Notes under the pieces: generated by a model
What the model was told of the DNA's origin: nothing
The model's database searches: none
Seen by the model: only the letters and a program-made list of their open reading frames with translations
Translations under genes and position numbers: made by a program
In this document: piece by piece, positions 9,459-22,079 of the stretch
Numbering within the stretch: position 1 is the first letter of the stretch
How the letters are laid out: each line of letters starts with the position of its first letter
Assembly (NCBI GenBank): GCA_963830815.1
Contig: CAWHNN010000017.1
Coordinates: forward strand, 29,750-93,749
Source: an uncultured Acidobacteriota bacterium
GTDB lineage: Bacteria > Acidobacteriota > Vicinamibacteria > Vicinamibacterales > 2-12-FULL-66-21
Direction of reading: 5' to 3'
DNA length: 64,000 nucleotides

Positions 9459-11349
9459 TTACTCGCCCCGTCCTGCAATCCCTGCGGCCATCGGCTCGTG
9501 GTGCGGTTCGGCCACCGAGCGAATACCTTCCTGCTGGATGATGTCGTCGGTCACCGATCGCGCGTCGATCGGAAGGCCGCTGTAGTGCAGCACGCTGCGC
9601 ACCTTGGCGTGGTGATCGGCGGTGATATCGAGGCGCATCAGCGCCAGCATCTGCGCGTCGCGATTCTGCTCGACGATGTAGATGCGCTCGTAGCGATCGA
9701 GGAACGTCGTCAGCTCGTCCGTGAAGGGATAGGCACGGAGACGCAGGTAGGCGCTCTTGAGCCCGTATTCCTTCTCCAGCTGATCGCGGCTCTCTTCGAT
9801 CGCCCAATGGCTGGTGCCGAACCCGATGATACCGACGCTGGCGTCGGCAACGTCGTCGACAACCGGCTTCGGCACGTGGCGGCGCGCCGTCTCGAACTTT
9901 CGCGCCAGCCGCTCCATGTTGTGCACGTAGTCGTCTGGGCCGCTCGCTGTACTGGCCCTTCTCGTTGTGGCCGGAGCCGCGCGTGAAGTAGGCGGGCATC
10001 CCCTCTCCGGGAACGGATCGGTACGGGATGCCGTCGCCGTCGACGTCCTTGTAGCGTCCCCATTCGCCGATGCGCGCGAGCGTAGCGGCGTCGAGCCGCT
10101 TGCCGCGATCGAGCGGCTGATCGGGATAGGTGAACGGCTGCGACATCCAGTTGTTCATGCCGAGGTCGAGGTCGCTCATCACGAAGACCATGACCTGGAA
10201 ACGCTCCGCCAGATCGAACGCCTCCATCGCCATCGTGTAGCACTCTTCGACCGAGGCCGGGATCAGCATGATCTGCTTGGTGTCGCCGTGCGACAGCACT
10301 GCGGTCGAGAGCAGATCACCCTGCGCCGTGCGCGTCGGCAGCCCGGTGGACGGCCCCACGCGCTGGATGTCGAACACCACGCCGGGAACTTCTGCGTAAT
10401 ACGCGAGGCCGGCGAATTCGCCCATCAGCGAGATCCCGGGGCCTGACGTCGAGGTCATGGCCCGTGCCCCCGCCCAGCCGGCGCCCACCACCATCCCAAT
10501 CGACGCAATCTCGTCTTCCGCCTGGACGACGGCGTAGGTTGCCTTGCCCGTCTCGGGATCCTTGCGGTACTTCTTGAGATAGCCGATCAGCGTTTCCGGC
10601 AGCGAAGACGATGGCGTGATCGGGTACCACGCGACGACCGTGACGCCGGCAAACATGCAACCCAGCGCCGCGGCGGCGTTGCCCTCGACCAGAATCATCC
10701 CGGTCGTCTTGTCCATCGGCTCGACCCAGTACGGATCGACCTTGGGCAGGTGCTGCTCGGCGTAGGCGAAGCCGGCTTCGAGCGCAGCCATGTTCAACTC
10801 GATGGCCTTCTGCTTCTTCCCGAGCTGGCGCTTCAGCGCGTGCTCCATCTGCTTCAAATCGATGTTGAGCAGCTTCGAGAGGACCCCGTCGTAGATCATG
10901 TTCTTGACGAGGCGGCGCAGCTTGGCGTCCTTGCAGACCTCAGCCACGATCTTGTCGAAGGGCACCGGGTAGAAGATCAAGTCCTGCCGCAAGCCACTCA
11001 ACTTGAGTGGCTCGTCATAGAGCACCGCCGTGCCGGGCTCGAGGGACAGGACGTCCTCGCGCGCGGTCTCCGGGTTCATCGCGACGAGGAAATCGACTTC
11101 CTTTTTACGGGCGATATAACCGTGCTTGTTGGCGCGGATCGTGTACCAGGTGGGCAGTCCGGCGATATTCGACGGAAACATGTTCTTGCCCGACACTGGA
11201 ACGCCCATCTGGAAGAGCGAGCGCAGCAGGACAAGGTTGGCGGTCTGGCTGCCGGAGCCGTTGACCGTTGCCACCTGGATACTGAAATCGTTGACGCGGG
11301 TGGCGACGGACTGTGGAGCGGCAGGAACCGCGACATCACTCAAAGACAT
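9459..11349 (-). CDS. korA: 2-oxoglutarate/2-oxoacid:ferredoxin oxidoreductase, alpha subunit; one frame break near 9936
   Basis: N-terminal 470 aa in ORF 8401..11349 (GSGSQTANL, YPITPSS). The C-terminus is in ORF 9459..9926. The junction reads ..GQYSERP / DDYVHNMERLARKFE. Confidence 0.88.
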
Positions 11350-11450
11350 GGAGCTCCTTCGAGGCGAAGCGGCGAGGTTCTCGGGTGCAGTAAATAATAT
11401 ATGATATCAGGAAATCATAGCACCGTATAGCCTTACGGCCAACGGACCGA

Positions 11451-11470
11451 CGGGGAGCGGGCGCTCCCCG
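11451..11470 (-). terminator. GC hairpin just downstream of sucD
   Basis: CGGGGAGC (11451-11458) pairs with GCTCCCCG (11463-11470) around a 4-nt loop. No U-tract. Confidence 0.35.
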
Positions 11471-11474
11471 CCCT

Positions 11475-12347
11475 CTAGTGGCGCAGAGCGTCCTGAACGG
11501 CGGCGCCGATGTCCGCCGGGCTCTTCACCACGGGACCCCTGCCGCCGTCAACGCGGCCATCTTCTCCGCCGCCGTGCCCTTGCCGCCGGCGATGATGGCG
11601 CCAGCGTGGCCCATCCGTCGGCCCGGAGGCGCGGTCTGTCCGGCGATGAATCCCACAACCGGCTTCTTGAACGTCTTCTGGATGAAGGCCGCAGCCTCTT
11701 CCTCCGCGGTCCCGCCGATTTCGCCAATCATGACCACGGCTTCGGTCGCACTATCGTTGGCGAAGAGGCCAAGCGCGTCGATGAATGACGTCCCGATGAG
11801 AGGATCGCCGCCGATGCCGATGCACGTCGTCTGGCCGAGGCCGAGCTTCGTCAGCTGATGAATCGCCTCGTAGGTCAGGGTGCCGCTCTTCGAAACGATG
11901 CCGACGCGGCCTTCTTTGCAGATGTGGCCGGGGATGATGCCCGCCTTGGCCTGGCCGGCCGTAATGAGCCCCGGACAGTTCGGTCCAATCAACCGCGTCT
12001 TCGATCCGCGGACGACCATGAGCGCTCGCATCATGTCGAGCGTCGGGATGCCTTCCGTAATACAGACGGCGAGCGGCAATTCAGCATCGGCCGCTTCGAG
12101 GATGGCATCGGCCGCAAACGGCGGCGGGACGAAGATGACTGACGCATTGGCGCCCGTCTCTTTGACCGCATCGGCGACGGTGTTGAACACCGGCCAGCCC
12201 TCGTGCGTCGTCCCGCCCTTGCCCGGGGTCACGCCGCCGACGACCTGGGTCCCGTACGCCGCCGCCTGCTTGGCGTGGAACGTACCCTCACGGCCGGTGA
12301 TGCCCTGGACGATGAGACGTGTGTTCTTGTCGATGGTGTACTGCCAT
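11475..12347 (-). CDS. sucD: succinyl-CoA synthetase alpha subunit; frame breaks near 11527 and 12335
   Basis: [28 protein letters not shown] and MGHAGAI. The C-terminus ..[21 protein letters not shown] is restored by a 1-nt shift. Confidence 0.88.
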
Positions 12348-13532
12348 AATAACGGCTGCTCGCTGCTTGCCGCGACGCGAGCGCAACGACCTTCGAGGCC
12401 GCTTCGTCCATCGCGTCGGCTGTCGTGAAATTGAGGCCGCTCTCCTTCAACATCTTCTTTCCAAGCTCGACGTTCGTGCCTTCCATGCGAATCACGATCG
12501 GCACGGGCACGCCCAGCTCCTTGACGGCGGCAATCACACCTTCCGCCAGCACGTCACAGCGCAGGATGCCGCCGAAGATGTTGATGAGCACCGCCTTCAC
12601 GCTCTTGTCCGACATCAGGATCTTGAAGGCGTTGCGAATCTGCTCGGCGTTGGCGCCGCCGCCGACATCGAGGAAGTTCGCCGGCTCTCCGCCCGCCAGC
12701 TTGATGATGTCCATCGTCGCCATCGCCAGACCGGCGCCGTTGACCATGCAGCCAACCGTGCCATCCAGCTTGATGTAGTTCAGCGAGAACTTCGACGCTT
12801 CGACTTCGAGCGGCGCTTCTTCGGCCATGTCACGGAGCGCCTTGATATCGCCATGGCGGTAGAGCGCGTTGTCGTCGAAGTTCATCTTCGCGTCGAGCGC
12901 GAGCAGGCTGCCATCTTCGGTGACGATGAGTGGGTTGATCTCGATGAGCGACGCGTCGGTCGACTTGAACGTCTCGTAGACAGCCGTCATCAGCTTGCCG
13001 GCCTGCGCAATCTGCGGGCCTGACAGCCCCAGGGCGAATGCGAGCTTGCGCGTCTGGTAGCCCGAGAGTCCGACGCCGGGGTGGATGAACTCCTTGAAGA
13101 TGCGCTCGGGCGTTTCGTGCGGCGACCTTTTCGATCTCGACGCCGCCCTCCTGGCTCACCATCAGCACCGGCTTTTCGGACGCGCGATCCAGGACGATGC
13201 CGAGATAGAGCTCGCGTTTGATGGCAAGCCCCTGCTCGACGAGCACGCGCTCGACGACCTGGCCCTTCGGGACCGGTCTGAATGGTGACCAGGCGCATGC
13301 CGATAATTGCCTTGGCCGCCTCTTCCGCCGCGTCGGGGCCCTTGACGACCTTGACGCCGCCGCCCTTGCCGCGGCCGCCGGCGTGAATCTGCGCCTTGAC
13401 GACGACCGTTCCGCCGCCGAGGTTGACCGCGGCTGCCCGCGCCTCAGCGGCGTTGAACACGACTTCGCCCTGCGGCACCGGTACGCCGTGCGCCGCGAGG
13501 ATTGCCTTCGCCTGGTATTCGTGGATTTTCAT
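12348..13532 (-). CDS. sucC: succinyl-CoA synthetase beta subunit; frame breaks near 13270 and 13117; 3' junction with sucD unresolved
   Basis: [44 protein letters not shown] and INIFGGI spread over three ORFs. Confidence 0.88.
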
Positions 13533-13665
13533 GACGCTCTGCGGATGCACTCTGGCGCCACTGCGCCGGAGCCGCGCACGTCAGTGCGCGCAACCTTACA
13601 ATCATATCTCACGACGAGAGGTTCTTCAGCGGCTGTCCTCGCGGTAGAATTCAGGGTAGATCCCC

Positions 13666-14340
13666 ATGTCGCCGAATCTCTTCCGGGTCTTTTCTTCCAC
13701 TGTCGGGACCAAGCTACTTATCGGCCTTACCGGCATCCTTCTCGTCGCCTACATGGTGGTGCATGTAGTCGGGAACGCCCTGATTTTCCTCGGCCGCGAC
13801 ATCTTCAACGAGTATTCGCACAAGCTGGTGTCGAATCCGCTCATCGTGCCGATCGAGATTGGCCTGCTGCTCGTCTTCGTCATTCACATCTACAAGGCCA
13901 TCAGCAATTGGCGCACGAACTCGGCCGCGCGGCCGATCGGCTACGAAAAGAAGGAGCGCGCCGGGCATACCAGCCGCAAGAGCCTGGCATCCTCGACGAT
14001 GATCGCGTCGGGCCTTGTCGTGCTGGTCTTCCTGATCATCCACGTCAAGCAGTTCAAGTTCGGCACCTTCTATCTGGCGTCGGGCAGCGACACGGTGCGC
14101 GATCTCTACCGCACGGAGATCGAAGTATTCCGCAATCCGCTGTGGGTGGCGCTCTATGTGATCGGTGCGCTGCTCGTCGGCCTGCACATGCGCCACGGCA
14201 TCTCGAGCGCGTTCCAGTCGCTTGGGCTCGATCATCCACGCTATACGCGGCGCCTCGTCGGCATCGGCATTCTGCTGGCCGCCATTATCGGCATCGGCCT
14301 GGCGATTATTCCGGTGTGGTCATTTTTCACTCATTACTAG
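13666..14340 (+). CDS. sdhC: succinate dehydrogenase/fumarate reductase cytochrome b subunit (single large anchor)
   Basis: 224 aa, about 5 hydrophobic helices with conserved His residues, directly upstream of sdhA. Intact. Confidence 0.8.
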   Translation: MSPNLFRVFSSTVGTKLLIGLTGILLVAYMVVHVVGNALIFLGRDIFNEYSHKLVSNPLIVPIEIGLLLVFVIHIYKAISNWRTNSAARPIGYEKKERAGHTSRKSLASSTMIASGLVVLVFLIIHVKQFKFGTFYLASGSDTVRDLYRTEIEVFRNPLWVALYVIGALLVGLHMRHGISSAFQSLGLDHPRYTRRLVGIGILLAAIIGIGLAIIPVWSFFTHY

Positions 14341-14354
14341 TGTTCATTCCGAGA

Positions 14355-14379
14355 TCAGGGTTCATGGTTCTGGGTTCTT
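14355..14379. repeat. one-armed tandem heptamer array (TCNNGGT x3.5) filling the sdhC-sdhA spacer
   Basis: TCAGGGT TCATGGT TCTGGGT TCTT, ending at the sdhA ATG. Confidence 0.7.
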
Positions 14380-16289
<1,910 letters not shown>

Positions 16290-16292
<3 letters not shown>

Positions 16293-16375
16293 TGCTGAAG
16301 TCTGAATGCTGAGTGCTGAATGAAGCGTTCAGCATTCAGCATTCATTCAGCATTCAGCATTCGACATTCAGCATT
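16290..16375. repeat. heptamer hairpin element, TGCTGAA/TTCAGCA class
   Basis: TAA TGCTGAA G TCTGAA TGCTGAG TGCTGAA TGAAGCG | TTCAGCA TTCAGCA TTCA TTCAGCA TTCAGCA TTCGACA TTCAGCA TT ATG. It spans from the sdhA stop to the sdhB start. Confidence 0.9.
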
Positions 16376-17116
16376 ATGCGAATTCTTCTAAAGGTTTGGC
16401 GGCAGTCGGGTCCGAAGGCTCGCCAGGCGAGCTCGTCGACTACGTGGTCGAGAACGCCTCGCCGGACATGTCCTTCCTCGAGATGCTCGACGTCGTCAAT
16501 GAGGGACTGATTGTGCAGGGCAAGGATCCGATCGCGTTCGACTCGGACTGCCGCGAGGGTATCTGCGGGGCGTGCGGCTTTCTCATCAACGGCGTCCCGC
16601 ACGGACCGGATCCGGGCACGACGGTCTGCCAGCTGCACATGCGGCGCTTCAAGGACAACGATCGCATCGTCCTCGAGCCGTGGCGCGCCAAGGCGTTTCC
16701 GCTGATCAAGGACCTCGTCGTCGATCGCAGCGCCTTCGATCGGATCATCCAGGCGGGGCTATACGTCGATCAACGTCGGCGGCGCGCCCGATGGCAACGC
16801 CATCCTCATCCCCGGTCCGGTCGTCGAACAGGCGATGGATTCGGCAGCCTGCATCGGCTGCGGTGCGTGCGTCGCCGCCTGCAAGAATGCGTCAGCTGCC
16901 CTCTTCACGTCAGCGAAGGTCAGCCACCTCGCGCTCCTGCCACAGGGAAAGGTCGAGCGCGACGCGCGGGTCGTCGCCATGGTCGATCGCCACGATCAGG
17001 AAGGGTTTGGCAGCTGCTCGAATGAGGGCGAGTGCGAGGCGGTGTGCCCGAAGGAAATCTCGATCACCAACATTGCGCGGATGAACCGGGAATACCTGCG
17101 AGCTACGCTTCTGTAG
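16376..17116 (+). CDS. sdhB: succinate dehydrogenase iron-sulfur subunit; frame breaks near 16405 and 16770
   Basis: [23 protein letters not shown] and [13 protein letters not shown] cluster motifs. ATG 16376 ([10 protein letters not shown]). Confidence 0.88.
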
Positions 17117-17182
17117 TGCTGAATTTCGAGTGCTGAGTGCTGAATGAATTCGGCACAGTTCACTTCAGCACTCAGCATTCAC
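17117..17182. repeat. heptamer hairpin element, TGCTGAA/TTCAGCA class, between convergent sdhB and mdh
   Basis: TGCTGAGTGCTGAA (17131-17144) is perfectly complementary to TTCAGCACTCAGCA (17164-17177). Confidence 0.9.
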
Positions 17183-18120
17183 TCAGACTTTAATGACGTC
17201 CACGAGTTCCTTGACGGCGCCAGCGGACTTCTTCAGCGCCGCGTCTTCTTCCGGCGTCAGCGTGATCTGAATGATCTGCTCGACGCCGCGAGCGCCGAGC
17301 TTCACGGGCACGCCAACGAAAAGGTCCTGAAGGCCGTACTCACCCTGCAGGAACACCGAGCAGGGAACGATCTTCTTCTTGTCCTTGAGGATGATCTCCA
17401 CCATCTCCGCCGCCGCCGAGCCCGGCGCATACCAGGCGCTGGTGCCCACGAGCTTGGTGATCTCGGCGCCGCCGTCGGCGGTGCGCTTGCAGATCGCCTC
17501 GATGCGCTCCTTCGAGATGAGCTCGGTGATCGGGATACCGGCGACCGTCGAGTAGCGCGGCAGCGGCACCATCGTGTCGCCGTGCCCGCCAAGGACGAAG
17601 GCGTGAATGTTCTCGACCGAAACGTTCAACTCCATGGCGATGAACGTGCGCATGCGCGCCGAGTCGAGGACGCCGGCCATGCCGATGACGCGCTCGCGCG
17701 GGAACTTGCTCAGGCGGTAACGGCCTGCGCCATCGCGTCGAGGGGATTCGCGACCGGCACGATGATCGTGTTCGGTGAGTACTTGACGATCTGCTCGGTG
17801 ACCGCCTGCATGATCTTGTAGTTGGTATTGAGCAGATCGTCGCGGCTCATGCCCGGCTTGCGCGGCATACCCGACGTGATGACGACCACGTCAGAATTCG
17901 CCGACGCCGCCCACCCCTCGTCGTTGGCGCCGTAGCCGACGACACGCGAGTCGGATCCCTCGATGGGGCACGCCTCGAGCATGTCCAGGCCGACGCCGCC
18001 GGCCTTCTGATCGGCGACGTCGATGATGACGACGTCCGCCAGTTCCTTGTCCGCAATGGCCCGCGCGACCGTGGCGCCAACCGCGCCCGCTCCTCCCACT
18101 ACCGTAACTTTTCTATTCAT
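17183..18120 (-). CDS. mdh: malate dehydrogenase (LDH-like); one frame break near 17715
   Basis: [27 protein letters not shown] and GGHGDTMVP. The junction reads AMAQAV / [16 protein letters not shown]. Confidence 0.9.
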
Positions 18121-18145
18121 CGACTAACCTCGAGGGAACACCTAC

Positions 18146-18237
18146 AGTGCTGAATGCGAATGTTGATTGCTGAATGAATGCTGATGCATGCTGAACGATT
18201 CGAAATTCATTCAGCATTCAGCACTCAGCATTCGACA
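18146..18237. repeat. heptamer hairpin element, TGCTGAA/TTCAGCA class, between icd stop and mdh start
   Basis: GTGCTGAA TGCGAA TGTTGAT TGCTGAA TGAA TGCTGAT GCA TGCTGAA .. A TTCAGCA TTCAGCA CTCAGCA TTCGACA. Confidence 0.9.
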
Positions 18238-19571
18238 TTACATATTGGCGATCATCGCGTCTGCGAATTCAGATGTCTTGAGCTCCTTCGCGCCGGTCAT
18301 CAGACGCGCGAAGTCGTACGTCACCTGCTTGGCCGCGATGGCGCCGTCCATGCCCTTGACGAGAAGGTCCGCCGCCTCGGTCCAGCCCATGTGCCGGAAC
18401 ATCATCTCGCCGGAGAGGACGACCGATCCCGGGTTGACCTTGTCCTGGTTGGCGTACTTCGGCGCGGTGCCGTGCGTCGCTTCGAAGACGGCGTGCCCGG
18501 TGACGTAGTTGATGTTGCCGCCCGGCGCGATGCCGATGCCGCCGACCTGGGCCGCCAGCGCGTCCGACAGGTAGTCGCCATTGAGGTTCGGCGTCGCGAT
18601 GACGTCGAACTCGTCTGGCCGGGTCAGCACCTGCTGCAGCGTGATGTCGGCAATCGCGTCCTTGATCACGAGGCCGGCGCCGGGCTTCCCTGCCGGAATC
18701 TTGCACCACGGGCCGCCGTCGATCTCCTCGGCGCCGAAGAACGTCTTCGCGACCTCGTAGCCCCAGTCGCGGAAGGCGCCCTCGGTGAACTTCATGATGT
18801 TGCCCTTGTGCACGAGCGTCACGCTCTTGCGATTGCTGGCAATCGCGTAGCTGATGGCGCTGTGGATCAGGCGCTCGCTCCCGAGATAGCTGATCGGCTT
18901 GAGGCCGATGCCGACCTGGACGCCGACTTCGCGTGCCGGGGCGCCGATGCCCTGCAGCAGTCCCTGCCACTCCTGGCCGGCCTGCGCCGTGCCAAAGCGG
19001 ATCTTCTTGAACTCCTTCGGAAACTCGCGCGCGAAGAAGTCGAGCAGCTTCTGCGCTTCCGGCGTGCCGGCGGCGTATTCGATGCCGGCGTAGATGTCCT
19101 CGGTGTTCTCGCGGAAGATCACCATGTCGACCTTCTCGGGATGCTTCACCGGCGACGGAACGCCTTTGAACCAGCGCACCGGCCTGAGGCAGACGTAGAG
19201 ATCGAGCAACTGGCGCAGCGCGACGTTCAGCGAGCGGATACCGCCGCCCACCGGCGTCGTCAGCGGTCCCTTGATGCCGACCAGATAGTGACGAAACGCC
19301 TCGACGGTTTCGTCCGGCAGCCACGTCGTCGAACTGTCTTGAAGCTCTTTTCGCCGGCGTAGACTTCGAACCAGGCGATCTTCTTCTTCCCGCCGTACGC
19401 TTTCTGCACCGCGGCATCGAAGACGCGCACGGATGCGCGCCAAATATCTGGCCCGGTGCCATCGCCTTCGATGAACGGGATGATAGGATCGTCGGGAACG
19501 ATGAGACGGCCATCCTTCTTGGTGATGGCGGTCCCTGTGGCGGGCGGCTTCAACATCGAAAAATTTGGCAT
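18238..19571 (-). CDS. icd: NADP-dependent isocitrate dehydrogenase (homodimeric type); two close frame breaks near 19330
   Basis: Near-colinear with my memory of E. coli Icd: [59 protein letters not shown] and [10 protein letters not shown]. Confidence 0.92.
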
Positions 19572-19777
19572 GGTCGGATTAGGTCACATCACCAGCGTGA
19601 CGTCATAGGATCTTCACAGAAACTGTGGAAAACGTTGTTGAAAAGTTACGTGATCCGCTCGAAAGTGCCTGATGAATCCGCAGGTTGCAGCGGTTTGCAC
19701 CATCGTGGTGCGCGGCAACCCCGCCACGCATCAATCGGAACGGCACATTATATCTGAAGGCTCTCTTCCATCCGCTC

Positions 19778-21365
19778 ATGCACATTGTCATCGCCGATCA
19801 GTTACCTTCCTCCGCAGTTGAATTGTTGCAATCCGTCGCCGGTTGGACCGTCGACGCGCAAGCTGGCCGCTCCGCAGACGTCCTGGCGCCGGCTCTAGCC
19901 GACGCCGACGCTCTCGTCGTGCGCAGCGCGACGAAAGTCAACGAGAAGCTCCTCGCCTCCGCGCCGAAACTTCGGGTAATTGCCCGCGCCGGCACCGGCA
20001 TCGACAACGTCGATCTCGACGCCGCCAGCGCTCGCGGGATCCTGGTCATGAATGCGCCCGGCGGTAACAGCGTCAGCGTCGCCGAGCACGCGCTCGCGTT
20101 GATGCTCTCGCTCGCCCGTTCGGTGCCAACGGCCGACGCCACGATGAAGCGTGGGGTCTGGGACAAAAAGAAGCTCACGGGCGCCGAACTTCGTGGCAAG
20201 ACGCTCGGACTCTGTGGTCTCGGCAGGATCGGGCAGGAAGTTGCCGCCCGCGCCCGCGCCTTCGGCATGGAGATCGTCGCCAACGATCCCTTCATCTCTG
20301 AGGCGGTCGCTTCATCACTGGGCATTCGCCTCGTGACGCTCGATGAGCTGTGCTCGACGGCGGACTACGTCAGCCTCCACATCCCGGCAACCACCGAGAC
20401 GCGTCATCTCTTTGACAAGACTCGTCTCGCGAAGTGCAAGCGCGGCATCCGCCTGGTCAACACGGCGCGTGGCGAGCTCATCGACGAGGGCGCGCTCGCC
20501 GACGCGATCGAATCGGGGCAGGTCGCAGGCGCGGCGCTGGACGTATTCGAAGTCGAGCCGCCGAAGGAATGGCGCCTGGCCCAGCTGCCACAAGTCGTCG
20601 CGACGCCGCACATCGCGGCATCCACGGCAGAAGCGCAGGAGCTCGTCGGCCTCGAGACGGCGGCCGCCGTGCGCGATTACCTGACGCTGGGCGTCATCCG
20701 CAACGCGGTGAACTTCCCGGCGATCGCCGCCGAGGAGATGCTGCGACTGCAGCCGTTTCTCACGCTCGCCGAGCAGCTCGGCGCCCTCGTCGTGCAGCTC
20801 GCCGAGGGCCGCACCACGGGCATCAGCGTTCGCTCTACGGCCCGCTCGTCGGCTCGAACAGCGGCCTCATCGTCAGTGCGGCCGTGAACGGCTTGTTGCG
20901 CCCGATGCTCTCGTCGAACGTGACCATCGTCAATGCCCGCGACGTCGCCAAGGAGCGGGGCATCGAAATCGTCGAATCGCACAGCTCGAGAGCCGCAACT
21001 TCTCGAACATCATCTCGGTCAAGGTGCATACGAGCGAAGGCGAACGGTGGCTCGAGGGAACGGTCTTCGAGCCGGCGCGGCCGCGGCTGACGCTCCTCGA
21101 CGGCATCGAGGTCGAAGCGCCGCTCGAGGGAACGCTCCTCGTCGTCAAGAACGCCGACAAACCCGGTGTCATCGGCCAGATCGGATCGATCCTGGGCAAG
21201 CACTCCGTCAACATCGCCAATTTCGCGCTGGGACGAGACGATGCGGGCGCCGTCGGCGTGGTGAAGCTGGATGCGACGCCGGAGGACGCGGGGCTGGCGG
21301 CGGCCCTGCCTGAGATCAGGGCCGCCTCGGCCGTCAAAGAAGCGCGGGTCGCGAGACTCTCGTAG
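19778..21365 (+). CDS. serA: D-3-phosphoglycerate dehydrogenase with C-terminal ACT domain; frame breaks near 20825 and 20995
   Basis: GLGRIGQEVA, NTARGELIDE, ATPHIAAST, and an ACT-like tail LLVVKNADKPGVIGQIGSILG. Confidence 0.88.
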
Positions 21366-21405
21366 TCGGAGAAATGAGCGTGTGACGGTATCGCCCGCGC
21401 GCCAG

Positions 21406-21939
21406 CTACTGGCGCAGGGCGAGCCGGCGCACGGTGCCGGTCAGGAGATCGTTCAGCTCGACGGCGTCGGCCGAGACCGGACCGACGCGATATCTCGCCG
21501 CCAGCGACTCGCCTTCCTTCACAAGAAAAAGCTCACCGCTCAAGGCCGAGATGATCGCGGTGCGCGCAAGACCCTTGGCCGTTTCTTGTTCGGCGACACC
21601 AATGAGTTCGATGGCCGGCTCGAGCGGAGGCCCGAGCTCCGGCGCGGGCGCTTCATCCGGGGGTGGCGCTGCTTCCTTCCGTTCGGGGGTCGCGCGCGAG
21701 CTGAATGCGAATGGGTTGCGGAAGGGTTCGTGCGGAGTGGGCGCGCTCGCGAGACGATTCTTGAGCCGCATCGTCTGCGCCTGCACTTCTGCGGCAAGCG
21801 TGACCGTATCGTCCGGCTTCTCGCGCTCGGCAGGCGGAGCTGCCTCCGGGGCCTGGCGCATGAGGCCAGCTGCCGACGAGAGCCACGCCGCCAGCAACAA
21901 CGCGCCGCCGAGAATTCCTGCAGCCCGCTTGGCGCTCAT
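21406..21939 (-). CDS. hypothetical membrane-anchored/secreted protein with Pro-rich linker and small beta-rich C-terminal domain
   Basis: Intact 177-aa ORF. Hydrophobic N-terminus GILGGALLLAAWLSSAAG. The C-terminal IELIGVAE..AIIS..GELFLVKEGESL..YRV..V..DAVEL is reminiscent of PilP/GspC-type domains. Confidence 0.5.
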   Translation of the reverse strand: MSAKRAAGILGGALLLAAWLSSAAGLMRQAPEAAPPAEREKPDDTVTLAAEVQAQTMRLKNRLASAPTPHEPFRNPFAFSSRATPERKEAAPPPDEAPAPELGPPLEPAIELIGVAEQETAKGLARTAIISALSGELFLVKEGESLAARYRVGPVSADAVELNDLLTGTVRRLALRQ

Positions 21940-21956
21940 GGCCGGATGCTAGCACG

Positions 21957-22049
21957 ATGCTGAATGCTGAATGCTCGAATGCTGAATGAGTTTATCGCTG
22001 CAGCTAATCCGGCATTCATTCAGCATTCACACTTCAGCATTCAGCATTG
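21957..22049. repeat. heptamer hairpin element, TGCTGAA/TTCAGCA class, in a divergent intergenic region
   Basis: TGCTGAA TGCTGAA TGCTCGAA TGCTGAA TGAG, a 23-nt centre, then A TTCA TTCAGCA TTCACAC TTCAGCA TTCAGCA. Confidence 0.9.
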
Positions 22050-22079
22050 CTGCGCCGTGCACTTGTGGTAAGATTTGCC

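Noticed and set aside
8401-11349. A single 982-aa ORF suggesting a fused KorA-KorB protein.
   Set aside because: The middle 150 aa are Arg-rich nonsense. The genuine KorA C-terminus is in ORF 9459..9926 and ends with TAA at 9459-9461, and KorB has its own ATG at 9456. The apparent fusion is created by the frame break near 9936.
16313-16510. ORFs encoding repeated FSIQHS / IQHSAF / EFIQHS peptides (also 16996..17178, 17144.., 18178.., 21986..22180, 46996..47637 and 47621..47806).
   Set aside because: They are translations of the tandem heptamer hairpin elements running into neighbouring genes, not a repeat-protein family.
18880-18970. An insertion of about 24 aa in Icd ([27 protein letters not shown]) relative to my memory of the E. 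coli enzyme (KKIRFPEHCGIGIKP).
   Set aside because: Codon bias indicates it is genuinely coding. Lineage-specific loop insertions in this surface region are common, and the comparison rests on recalled sequence only.
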